Below are positions 37,236 through 47,000 of a DNA stretch of 50,297 bases, piece after piece (within the stretch, counting starts at the first letter, position 1; the number at the start of each line of letters is the position of its first letter). The stretch is taken from positions 1 through 50,297 of the forward strand of contig JAYZAC010000122.1 of NCBI GenBank assembly GCA_036339875.1, written 5' to 3'. The position numbers were made by a program, and so were the translations under genes. This DNA is from a bacterium (lineage in GTDB: Bacteria; Muiribacteriota; UBA6191). Under the pieces are notes generated by a model. The model saw only the letters and a program-made list of their open reading frames with translations. It had not been told where the DNA came from and searched no databases.

Positions 37236-37784
37236 ATGTCAATGGTTACCCCAGAGGGAGAATGGTATTTAGTCCAGACAAGTTCTAGCGCTGAAAACAA
37301 AGTAAAGATCAATTTAGAACAGCGCGTGAAAGTGATGGGTATGACCGGAGAAGTATTCGAAGTACTCGTTCCAGAGCAAGAGGTGGAGGCTGAGACTCCT
37401 AAGGGCAAAAAGAAGTTGGTTAAGAAACAGATTTACCCAGGGTATGTATTGGTAAGAATGTTGCTTAATGATCGTAGCTGGGCGATGGTTCGCAACACTC
37501 CGGGTGTAACCGGTTTCGTAGGGCAGGCAAAACATCCCACGCCCCTATCTGAGAAGGAAGTTGAGGCGGTACTTCACCAGATGGGAGTCGGTAATGTCGC
37601 CCCTGTAACTTACACAGCGTTTAAGATAGGGCAGAGCGTCAGAATCATGGATGGTCCTTTTTCGGATTTTATTGGAAATATTGAAGAAGTTAATATGGAG
37701 AAAAAGAAGCTCCGAGTAATGGTCCACATTTTTGGTAGAGAAACTCCGGTGGAGTTAGGATTCGCTGAAGTGGAAGAGGTGTAA
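37236..37784 (+). CDS. nusG: Transcription termination/antitermination factor NusG
   Basis: WYLVQT, YPGYVLV, VRNTPGVTGFVG, KOW domain GPFSDF, IFGRETPVEL. AGGAGAGG RBS before the ATG at 37236. Confidence 0.97.
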   Translation: MSMVTPEGEWYLVQTSSSAENKVKINLEQRVKVMGMTGEVFEVLVPEQEVEAETPKGKKKLVKKQIYPGYVLVRMLLNDRSWAMVRNTPGVTGFVGQAKHPTPLSEKEVEAVLHQMGVGNVAPVTYTAFKIGQSVRIMDGPFSDFIGNIEEVNMEKKKLRVMVHIFGRETPVELGFAEVEEV

Positions 37785-37823
37785 ACTCGCAACTGTTAGG
37801 GTTTATTCGCAATCGAGGTAGGT

Positions 37824-38252
37824 ATGGCTAAGGAAATTATTGGACAAATAAAGCTACAAGTCGCTGGTGGTCAAGCTAATCCAGCACCACCTGTAGGGCC
37901 AGCATTGGGTGCCAAAGGTGTAAACATAATGCAGTTCTGCCAGCAGTTCAATGAGCAGACCAAAGATATGCAGGGAACAAAAGTACCCGTGGTAATTACA
38001 GTGTATAACGATCGTACATTCAGCTTTATCGTTAAGTCACCACCAGCACCGGTTTTGTTGCTCAAAGCAGTCAAATTAGCTAAAGGATCACCTAACTCCA
38101 TTGAAACAAAAGTAGGTAAAGTCTCTGTTGAGCAGTTAGAAGAAATAGCAAAAGTAAAAATGAATGACTTAAATGCCAATACTCTTGAGTCAGCAGTTTC
38201 GATGATAGCAGGTACTGCCCGAAGCATGGGAATTGAAGTAGAGAGTAATTAG
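37824..38252 (+). CDS. rplK: 50S ribosomal protein L11
   Basis: [21 protein letters not shown]. Confidence 0.98.
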   Translation: MAKEIIGQIKLQVAGGQANPAPPVGPALGAKGVNIMQFCQQFNEQTKDMQGTKVPVVITVYNDRTFSFIVKSPPAPVLLLKAVKLAKGSPNSIETKVGKVSVEQLEEIAKVKMNDLNANTLESAVSMIAGTARSMGIEVESN

Positions 38253-38261
38253 GAGTAAGAA

Positions 38262-38990
38262 ATGGCATATAGATCAAAAGCATATAGAGAAGCTAGCCAA
38301 AAAGTAGAAGCCGATAAACGTATCTCTCTGAGAGAAGCCGTAGATAAAGTCAAGGCAATATCTTTCGCCAAATTTGATGAAACAATCAATGTTGATATTT
38401 CTCTAGGGGTTGATCCTAGACATGCGGATCAAATGGTACGAGGAACAGTTGTGTTGCCACATGGTACCGGCAAGTCAGTTCGCGTCGTTGCAATTGTAGC
38501 TGCGGACAAAGAGGCAGAAGCACAGGAAGCGGGTGCTGAATTTGTTGGCTCTGAGGAAATAGTTCAGAAAATCCAGTCGGGTTGGTTGGATTTTGATACG
38601 GTAGTAACCACACCGGATATGATGCGTCACGTTGGTAAGCTGGGGAAGGTTCTGGGGCCTAGGGGAATGATGCCAAACCCAAAGGTAGGAACAGTAACTT
38701 CCAACATCACCCATGCTATCAAGGAAATCAAAGCTGGTCGTCTAGAGTATAAGGTCGACAAGTACGGTTTGATTCACCTTCCAATTGGAAAGCGTTCATT
38801 TAAGGAAGCTCAATTATTTGAAAATTTGGCGACTGTTATGGATGCTCTTATGAAGGCCAAGCCTGCATCTGCCAAAGGAAACTACCTTAAAAGTGTAAGC
38901 CTTTCACCAACAATGGGTCCTTCAGTTAAAATAGACCCGAGTTGTGTAAAAGGTGAAATTGACATGGTTCGAGGGACCTTGTTGTCTTAA
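38262..38990 (+). CDS. rplA: 50S ribosomal protein L1
   Basis: KFDET, LGVDPRHADQMVRG, LGPRGMMPNPK, TMGP. Confidence 0.98.
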   Translation: MAYRSKAYREASQKVEADKRISLREAVDKVKAISFAKFDETINVDISLGVDPRHADQMVRGTVVLPHGTGKSVRVVAIVAADKEAEAQEAGAEFVGSEEIVQKIQSGWLDFDTVVTTPDMMRHVGKLGKVLGPRGMMPNPKVGTVTSNITHAIKEIKAGRLEYKVDKYGLIHLPIGKRSFKEAQLFENLATVMDALMKAKPASAKGNYLKSVSLSPTMGPSVKIDPSCVKGEIDMVRGTLLS

Positions 38991-39001
38991 GGAGATTTGT
39001 C

Positions 39002-39532
39002 ATGCCTACTGCAGAAAAACAACAGCAGATTCAAGAGTTTAAGGAGCTCTACGACTCTACACAATTGATGGTAGTTGTGGAGAATCGTGGGTTGGATGCG
39101 GAGCAGACGGTAACATTGCGTCGGAAGGTTTTTGAAACCGGTGGAAAGTTACGTGTGTTCAAAAATACATTAGCTATTAAGGCTCTTGGAGAAGATTTAG
39201 GTGAGGAATTGAAAAGTAATCTTGTAGGACCCAATGCTTATTTGTTCGGTGGTGAGAATTTCATTGACGATCTAAAGAGTGTTGTGGATTTCGGCAAGGA
39301 AAACAAAGAAAAATTTTCAGTAAAATGCGGGACTCTCGATGGAGAGTATCTTGATAATGATCGGTTGAAAGTACTGAGTACATTGCCAGGAAAAGATCAG
39401 TTAAGAGCTCAATTGCTTGGAACTTTGATTGCACCTGTCAGAGGATTAGTTACAGCGCTATCCGGTAATATTGGAAATTTTGTGAATGTTTTAAGCAACA
39501 TTAAAGATGAAAAAGAAAAGCAATCTGAGTAA
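39002..39532 (+). CDS. rplJ: 50S ribosomal protein L10
   Basis: RGL...LRR, VFKNTL, LSTLPGK. Synteny between rplA and rplL. Confidence 0.95.
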   Translation: MPTAEKQQQIQEFKELYDSTQLMVVVENRGLDAEQTVTLRRKVFETGGKLRVFKNTLAIKALGEDLGEELKSNLVGPNAYLFGGENFIDDLKSVVDFGKENKEKFSVKCGTLDGEYLDNDRLKVLSTLPGKDQLRAQLLGTLIAPVRGLVTALSGNIGNFVNVLSNIKDEKEKQSE

Positions 39533-39544
39533 GGAAGGGTAAAT

Positions 39545-39922
39545 ATGGATCAAGCACAATTGATTGAAACCATTGAAAAAATGACTGTTTTAGAGCTTTC
39601 CGAGTTGGTAAAGGCTCTAGAAGACAAATTCGGTGTATCAGCTGCAGCTCCTGTAGCAGTAGCGGCAGCGCCGGCTGCTGGTGCGGCTGCTGGTGAAGCT
39701 GCTGCCGAGCAAACTGAATTCGACGTAGTTCTTAAGGACGCTGGTGCTTCTAAAATTAAGATCATCAAGATCGTTCGTGAGGCTACAGGTCTTGGCTTGA
39801 AAGATGCTAAGGCTTTGGTGGACAGTGCTCCAAAGGCTGTCAAAGAAAAGATATCCAAAGAGGATGCTGAAAAGCTGAAAGAGCAATTGGAAGCCGACGG
39901 AGCTGTTGTTGAGCTCAAATAA
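39545..39922 (+). CDS. rplL: 50S ribosomal protein L7/L12
   Basis: [18 protein letters not shown] Ala-rich hinge, [15 protein letters not shown]. Confidence 0.98.
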   Translation: MDQAQLIETIEKMTVLELSELVKALEDKFGVSAAAPVAVAAAPAAGAAAGEAAAEQTEFDVVLKDAGASKIKIIKIVREATGLGLKDAKALVDSAPKAVKEKISKEDAEKLKEQLEADGAVVELK

Positions 39923-39938
39923 GCGTAGCTTTTAATTG

Positions 39939-40001
39939 AATAGTAATATACTTCCTTTGGGGTGAATAGAGGTCCCAGAGGAAGTGTTGCTATTTTTTTT
40001 T
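39939..40001 (+). terminator. Terminator/attenuator hairpin between rplL and rpoB
   Basis: Stem CTTCCTTTGGG/CCCAGAGGAAG, extended by AATAGTAATA/TGTTGCTATT through G-U pairs, followed by a T9 run. Confidence 0.75.
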
Positions 40002-40073
40002 CTGATCTCTAATTAGTACAAGGGACTTTCCCTTCGAGTTTTAAGACTGCAGTAAATGGAGTGAGGCATATCC

Positions 40074-43000
40074 ATGGTGGAGACAAAAGAGAGAATCTTT
40101 ATAAATGATTTGGCGGACGGCCATTTTCATGTACCAGACCTGTTATCAATACAACTTGATTCATACTATGAATTTATTCAAGGTGACAAGTATCCGCATG
40201 AGCGTGAGAGACGAGGTCTACAAGAAATATTTCTAGAAATTTTTCCGATACGAGATTTTACCGAAAATATTATATTGGAATTCATTGATTACAATTTAGG
40301 GTTTCCTCCTCCAGAAGGATGGGAAGCAAATGATCCCCTCAATTCGAACCTTTGTTTAAGGGATAAGGGTGGTAGTACGGATGAGGAAGAACCTGAATTT
40401 TATACATTTGGAGATAAGATTTATCATGTTCGTTTTTCTCCAGAGGACTGTCAAAAGCGTGATTTGACTTATGGTATTCCTTTGAATATGAGAGTCAGAT
40501 TGATAAACAAGCTATCCGGAGAAATTAAAGAGCAGGAACTATTTGTAGTGAACATGCCTTTAATGACCAAAAGAGGTACATTCATAATAAATGGTGCCGA
40601 AAGGGTTGTGGTTTCTCAGTTACACCGGTCCCCCGGTGTTTACTATGAATACAATAAAGCCAAAAAATTATTTCAAGCTAAAGTTGTGCCTTACAGGGGT
40701 GCATGGTTGGAGTACGATTTGGATGTGATGAAGGACTTGTTCTACGTCCGAATCGATCGCAAGCGTAAGGTTCCCGTCACTCAATTTCTTCGGGTTCTAG
40801 GTTACAGCGAAGAGCAGATGGTTGACCAATTAGACCACGGTGGTACCTTAAAATATATTCAGAATACACTCAAGGTAGATAAAACCTCAGGAATGGAGGA
40901 GTCATTAACCGAAATTTATAGAAAATTACGCCCTGGTGAACCCTACATTTACGAAAATGCCAAAACTTTGGTAGATAGTCTGTACGGAAGTTTTAAGCGA
41001 TATGATCTCGGTCGTGTCGGTCGATACAAGTTTAACCAGAAAATGGGTTTGACGGAGAAGCTCGTTGGTCAAAAAAATCTCGATAAAATTCAGCATCCTG
41101 GAACAGGCGATGTTATTGCCGAATCTGGAGAAATTTTGTCACCAAAAATTGTCGAAACGTTAGTGGATTGTAAGATCAATAACATACGAATCGAAACAGT
41201 AGATGGTGTTGAGTTAAAGATCAGTCGACCAAAAATCTCATTCAATGTAGACATGCAGGATGGTGAGGGTTTAGCACAATCCAATCACGAAGGTATGCAG
41301 GTTTGTGGTGATGTTAAAGACAAAGAAACGGGTGAATTGATTGTTGCAGATGGTACTCCACTGGATAACGAAACCATTTTTAGGCTAAACGATCGAATGG
41401 AACATCTCCATCAGATAGATATGGATTCGTTTAATGATGAGGTTCCTGCCGCTCATGTTTGTTTATACAAATATGTTACGATGGACCGGGAAGATATTCT
41501 TCACACTATGAAGTACATTATTGACCTGTCTGTTGGCGTTGGCTACGTCGATGATATTGATCATCTTGGACACAGACGTGTTAGAAGAGTTGGAGAACTT
41601 CTTCAGAATCAGTTCCGCATATCTTTGGCTAGAATGGATCGTGTTATTCGCGAAAGAATGACGATTCAAGATATCAATAACTTGACTCCCCAGCTGCTTA
41701 TTAACACGCGCCCAATAAGTTCATCGATTGATGAATTTTTTGGTTCCAGTCAATTGTCACAGTTCATGGATCAAGTGAATCCATTATCTGAATTAACTCA
41801 CAAAAGACGTTTGTCAGCGCTAGGGCCAGGTGGACTTAAGCGTGAAAGAGCTGGGTATGAAGTCAGAGACGTTCATCCAACTCATTTCGGTCGCATTTGT
41901 CCAATTGAAACTCCTGAAGGTCCTAATGCGGGGTTAATTGGTTCATTGGCAATAAATGCCAAGATCGATCAATATGGATTTTTAATCACTCCGTTGCGTG
42001 AATTCTACAGTGGTGATGTCAGTAACAATTTCAATTATAAAGATGCTCTTCAAGAGGAAAAGTTCAAGGTAGTTACTTACAATCAGGGTTTGTACACCGT
42101 GAAAGAAACTGCGAATGAAATCTTTCCAGTTAAACAGTATGTGGAAGGCGAGCAAGATTTCACACTCTTACCTGGAACTCTGGCTGAGTTAATCCATATC
42201 TCTCCGCTTCAGATGATTTCTGTTGCAGCTTCACTAATTCCTTTTATCGAACATGATGATGCGAATAGAGCTCTAATGGGAACAAACATGCAACGTCAGG
42301 CCGTGCCATTGGTACGTACTGAGTCGCCTATTGTTGGGACAGGTATGGAAAGCTACACAGCAGCTAATTCAGGTGTATGTGTTGTTTCAGAATATGATGG
42401 AATAGTTACTCATTTAGATGCTTCCAAAGTCATAATTCAGAGAACAAATCCAAAAGATCTAGTATTTCGATATCGCCCTGCAAACTACGAGTATATCGTA
42501 GGTTTCGAAGCGGCTGAGGAAGTTCAAGATAGTGCCGGAAAGGTTGTCATTAAGAAAGGTCATAAGTATACCCAGAAGGATTTAACTACTTTGGAATCTA
42601 AGGGTATAGAACAGGTTATGGTTATTCGTGAAAAGCGTGATCTGTACAGATTGCGCAAATTCGCTAGATCTAACCAAGGAACCTGCGTTAACCAAAAACC
42701 TTGCGTTGCTCTTGGTGATAAGATTAAAGCGGGCTCCGTGATTGCGGATGGACCGGGTACGAGTAATGGAGAACTAAGTCTTGGCAAAAATGTGTTGTGC
42801 GCTTTTATGCCATTTCGAGGTTACAATTTTGAGGACGCTATCGTTCTATCTGACAGACTTGTTCATGAAGATGTATTTACATCAGTGCACATCAATTCTC
42901 TAGAGATAGAAGCTAGAGATACGAAACTTGGTCCAGAGGAGATTACTTGCGATATACCCAATATCAGTGAGGAAGCTCTTAAATACCTTGATGACGATGG

Positions 43001-44018
43001 CATAATTTGTGTGGGAGCTGAAGTTAAGCCAGGTGATATCTTAGTAGGTAAGATTACTCCAAAGGGTGAGACTGAGCTGACAGCTGAAGATAAACTTTTG
43101 AGAGCTATCTTTGGTGAGAAAGCCAAAGAGGTTCGTAATACCTCATTAATCGTTCCCCATGGGGAGAGAGGTAAAGTCATTGAAGTAATGGTTTTCAGTC
43201 GCGAAAATGGAGACGAACTATCCTATGGAGTGAACAAATTAGTACGAGTATTTCTAGCACAAAAGCGTGTTATCTCTGAGGGTGATAAGATGGCTGGTCG
43301 GCACGGAAATAAAGGTGTGATCTCCAAAATATTCCCTGTTCGTGATATGCCCTTTATGGCTGATGGAACTACAGTGGATATTATTTTGAACCCTCTAGGA
43401 GTTCCTTCCCGAATGAATGTGGGTCAAGTAATGGAAACTCACCTAGGATGGGCTGGAAAGATTCTGGGTCAAAAATATGCTACTAGTTCTTTCAATACAG
43501 GTAATAGTGTTACCAATGAAGAATTTATTCAAAAGGAATTCAAGCGAGCAGATGAACACCTTGATAATAACGGTGTAGCTAAAGAAGGTCGATTGAATCC
43601 TTCAACTGGTAGAGTAGTTTTACATGATGGAGAAACTGGAGAAGCTTATGCTTCGGACATCATGGTTGGCTACATGTATATGCTGAAACTTATCCATTTA
43701 GTTGAAGATAAGATTCACGCGCGCTCAACAGGGCCATATTCATTGGTCACTCAACAGCCATTGGGTGGAAAAGCTCAATTTGGTGGTCAAAGATTTGGAG
43801 AAATGGAAGTTTGGGCGCTTGAGGCTTATGGGGCAGCACATGTTCTTCGTGAATTGCTGACCATCAAGTCAGATGATGTTGAGGGTCGTGTGGTTGTTTA
43901 TGAAACCATCGTTAAAGGAAATAACGTTATGACTCCAAATATCCCTGAATCTTTCAAGGTTATTGTATCAGAACTTAAATCTCTGGGGTTGAACATTGAG
44001 TTCAACCAGGACGCATAA
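40074..44018 (+). CDS. rpoB: DNA-directed RNA polymerase subunit beta
   Basis: [25 protein letters not shown]...[42 protein letters not shown]. Confidence 0.99.
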   Translation: MVETKERIFINDLADGHFHVPDLLSIQLDSYYEFIQGDKYPHERERRGLQEIFLEIFPIRDFTENIILEFIDYNLGFPPPEGWEANDPLNSNLCLRDKGGSTDEEEPEFYTFGDKIYHVRFSPEDCQKRDLTYGIPLNMRVRLINKLSGEIKEQELFVVNMPLMTKRGTFIINGAERVVVSQLHRSPGVYYEYNKAKKLFQAKVVPYRGAWLEYDLDVMKDLFYVRIDRKRKVPVTQFLRVLGYSEEQMVDQLDHGGTLKYIQNTLKVDKTSGMEESLTEIYRKLRPGEPYIYENAKTLVDSLYGSFKRYDLGRVGRYKFNQKMGLTEKLVGQKNLDKIQHPGTGDVIAESGEILSPKIVETLVDCKINNIRIETVDGVELKISRPKISFNVDMQDGEGLAQSNHEGMQVCGDVKDKETGELIVADGTPLDNETIFRLNDRMEHLHQIDMDSFNDEVPAAHVCLYKYVTMDREDILHTMKYIIDLSVGVGYVDDIDHLGHRRVRRVGELLQNQFRISLARMDRVIRERMTIQDINNLTPQLLINTRPISSSIDEFFGSSQLSQFMDQVNPLSELTHKRRLSALGPGGLKRERAGYEVRDVHPTHFGRICPIETPEGPNAGLIGSLAINAKIDQYGFLITPLREFYSGDVSNNFNYKDALQEEKFKVVTYNQGLYTVKETANEIFPVKQYVEGEQDFTLLPGTLAELIHISPLQMISVAASLIPFIEHDDANRALMGTNMQRQAVPLVRTESPIVGTGMESYTAANSGVCVVSEYDGIVTHLDASKVIIQRTNPKDLVFRYRPANYEYIVGFEAAEEVQDSAGKVVIKKGHKYTQKDLTTLESKGIEQVMVIREKRDLYRLRKFARSNQGTCVNQKPCVALGDKIKAGSVIADGPGTSNGELSLGKNVLCAFMPFRGYNFEDAIVLSDRLVHEDVFTSVHINSLEIEARDTKLGPEEITCDIPNISEEALKYLDDDGIICVGAEVKPGDILVGKITPKGETELTAEDKLLRAIFGEKAKEVRNTSLIVPHGERGKVIEVMVFSRENGDELSYGVNKLVRVFLAQKRVISEGDKMAGRHGNKGVISKIFPVRDMPFMADGTTVDIILNPLGVPSRMNVGQVMETHLGWAGKILGQKYATSSFNTGNSVTNEEFIQKEFKRADEHLDNNGVAKEGRLNPSTGRVVLHDGETGEAYASDIMVGYMYMLKLIHLVEDKIHARSTGPYSLVTQQPLGGKAQFGGQRFGEMEVWALEAYGAAHVLRELLTIKSDDVEGRVVVYETIVKGNNVMTPNIPESFKVIVSELKSLGLNIEFNQDA

Positions 44019-44034
44019 AATAGGAGGCCTCCAA

Positions 44035-47000
44035 GTGAAAGGTTTGAAAGAACTGCGGTCCATTCAGATAAGTATTGCATCACCCGATACTATCCGCCAA
44101 TGGTCAAAAGGTGTTGTTAAGAAACCAGAAACAATTAATTATCGAACGCATCGTCCAGAAAGGGATGGTCTGTTCTGCGAGAAAATTTTCGGTCCAACCA
44201 AAGACTGGGAATGTTTTTGTGGAAAGTATAAGAGTATTCGATACAAAGGACTTGTATGTGAGCGATGTGGTGTAGAAGTAACAAGATCAAACGTTCGTCG
44301 TGAACGGATGGGTCACATTGAGCTTGTTACTCCGGTCGCACATATTTGGTACTCAAAGGGTACTCCAAATTACATAGCGTTGCTTCTTGATATTACCGCG
44401 AGGGACTTTGAGAAGGTCTTATATTTTAATTCATATATTGTCATTGATCCAGGCTCGTTGCCATTGCTAAAGAAACAAATTTTAACTGAGCAAGAGCATC
44501 GAAATTATCAAGCTAGATACGGTGACATGTATCAAGCTGGCACGGGTGGTGAAGCAATACGAGAATTATTGCGCGGTTTAGATTTGGCTAAACTTGTAGA
44601 CGATTTGAAGCGAAAGATGCGCGAGGATACTGGATCTAAAAAGCTCAATACCATCGCGCGTCTTCAGGTTGCTGAAACTTTCTTAAACAGTAAGAATCGT
44701 CCTGAATGGATGATACTAAGTGTCCTCCCTGTGATACCCCCAGATTTGCGTCCAATGGTTCAATTAGATGGAGGACGATTTGCAACGTCTGATCTTAATG
44801 ATCTGTACCGAAGGGTAATTAATAGGAATAATCGTTTAAAGCGATTGATGAAGTTAAATGCTCCTGAAATCATTATCAAGAACGAAAAGCGCATGCTTCA
44901 AGAAGCAGTAAATGCGTTAATCGATAATGGTCGTAGAGGTAGATTGGTTACTGGTTCTGGTAATCGACCTCTGAAATCCTTAAATGACATGCTTAAAGGA
45001 AAACAGGGTAGATTCCGTCAGAATTTATTAGGAAAACGAGTTGATTATTCAGGTAGATCGGTAATTGTAGTAGGTCCAAACCTTAAATTACATGAATGTG
45101 GATTACCTCAAAAGATGGCAATTGAATTATTCAAGCCTTTTATAATGAATAAGCTTGTGGAATATGGTTTTGCGCATAATATAAAATCGGCTAAAAAATT
45201 GATTGAGCGAGAGGAAGCGACGGTTTGGAAGGTTTTAGAAGAGATTGTACGTGATCATCCAATTTTGTTAAACCGAGCACCCACACTCCATCGTCTTGGA
45301 ATCCAAGCTTTTGAGCCAAAGTTAGTCAAAGGTAACGCTATTCAGTTACATCCGCTTGTGTGTGGTGCATTTAATGCCGACTTTGATGGTGATCAAATGG
45401 CGATTCATATTCCTTTGCTTCTTGAAGCACAGGTTGAAGCGCGAATATTAATGTTATCTAGTTATAACATTTTGTCAGCTGCATCTGGTCGAGCAGTTGC
45501 ATCTCCATCACAGGATATGTCAATAGGTGCATATTTTCTTACCTACAAGAAAGATCCTAAAAATTTGATTATTGGATCGACAATTGAAGTACCTCTGACA
45601 ACCAAGAAAGGTGTGAAATCGCCATCGATAGAGTCTCTAGCTAACAGTGGACCAAAGTATTCTCTCTTAGGAGAAAACTTATCTGATGAGGCTGGTAATC
45701 CAATTCTATCCCGAGGCGAACATCTTGGAGTTGATGAGTTCAAGTTACTCAAAAAAGCCAAGATTAAATCGGTAAAGATTTACGATATTCGTATCTACAG
45801 CTCTGCAAATGAAGCTCTAATGTCTTTTGACAATGGTATACATGATATCCATGACACAGTAATTGTCAGAAACCATTTAGCAGCTGATTCAGAAACAGAA
45901 GAAAAATATGTAGAAACGACTATAGGGCGCCTAATTTTCAATGAAATAATTCCAGACGAATTGGGTTATTATAACGTCCACTTCGACAAGAAGAAAATAA
46001 TGGGCTTGATTGAACATTGTTACGAAACCTGTGGTACTAACATGACAGGTAAATTGTTAGATGATGTGAAAGATATTGGCTTCAAGTACGCTACTATCTC
46101 AGGTCTTACCATTTCGCTTAGTGATTTAGAAACTCCTCCTCGAAAGCCTTCTATCATAAATGCTGCAGAGGAGAGAGCGAAGAAAATTACCGAACGTTTT
46201 GATCGTAAAGAGCTGAATCTTGAAGAAAGAAAAAAGGCCGAAGTGGATCTATGGATCAATGCTACTGAAGAAGTCACTGATGAGATGTTGAAGCACTACA
46301 AGCAGAAATGGGATAAAGGGGAATTTAATCCGATTTATACCATGGCAATATCAGGTGCGCGGGGAAATGTTCAGCAGATGAAGCAGCTTGCTGGTATGCG
46401 TGGATTGATGTCAAATCCTCATGGAGATATTATGCATGTTCCGATCAAAGCTTCTTTCCGAGAAGGTTTGACTATGACGGATTACTTTATATCAACCTAC
46501 GGAGCTCGTAAGGGATTAGTGGATACAGCACTAAGAACTGCCGATTCTGGTTATCTAACTCGACGATTGGTAGATGTGGCGCAGGACGTAATCGTTAGTA
46601 TGGAAGATTGTGGGACCAACGAGGGTTTACTGGTAAGACCTTTAAGAGATCGAAGATCCCCAAACAATATGATTGTTGATGAAATCTTGATTCCTATTGA
46701 AGAAAGAATATATGGAAGAACTTTACTGGAAGATGTTATTCATCCAGAATCGGGTGCGGTTCTGTTCGAGGCGGGCGTGGCCGTTGACAGAGCTATTGCT
46801 AAGAAGATTGGTAAAGCGGCATGTGCCGTAAAGGTCAAAGGTCTGAAGCCAGGAGCCTTTACAGATGAATGTATTGTAGATCTTGCAGATAGTAGAATAA
46901 TTTGTGGACCAGACAAATTAGTAACTCCACAATTGATTGCTGAACTCAAGCGTAGTTCGGTAGATGAAATTAGGGTTTATCCTAAGGTCGCAATTCGTTC

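Noticed and set aside
39630-39710. GCT/GCA-rich repeat
   Set aside because: It encodes the normal Ala-rich hinge of L7/L12.
37871-39918. Antisense ORFs over rplK/rplA/rplJ/rplL (e.g. 37871-38227, 39550-39918)
   Set aside because: These are shadows of strongly biased ribosomal-protein codons, with no RBS or recognisable motifs.
41740-41840. Intrinsic rifampicin-resistance substitutions in RpoB
   Set aside because: Cluster I reads [26 protein letters not shown], with the usual sensitive-type Q, D, H and S residues.
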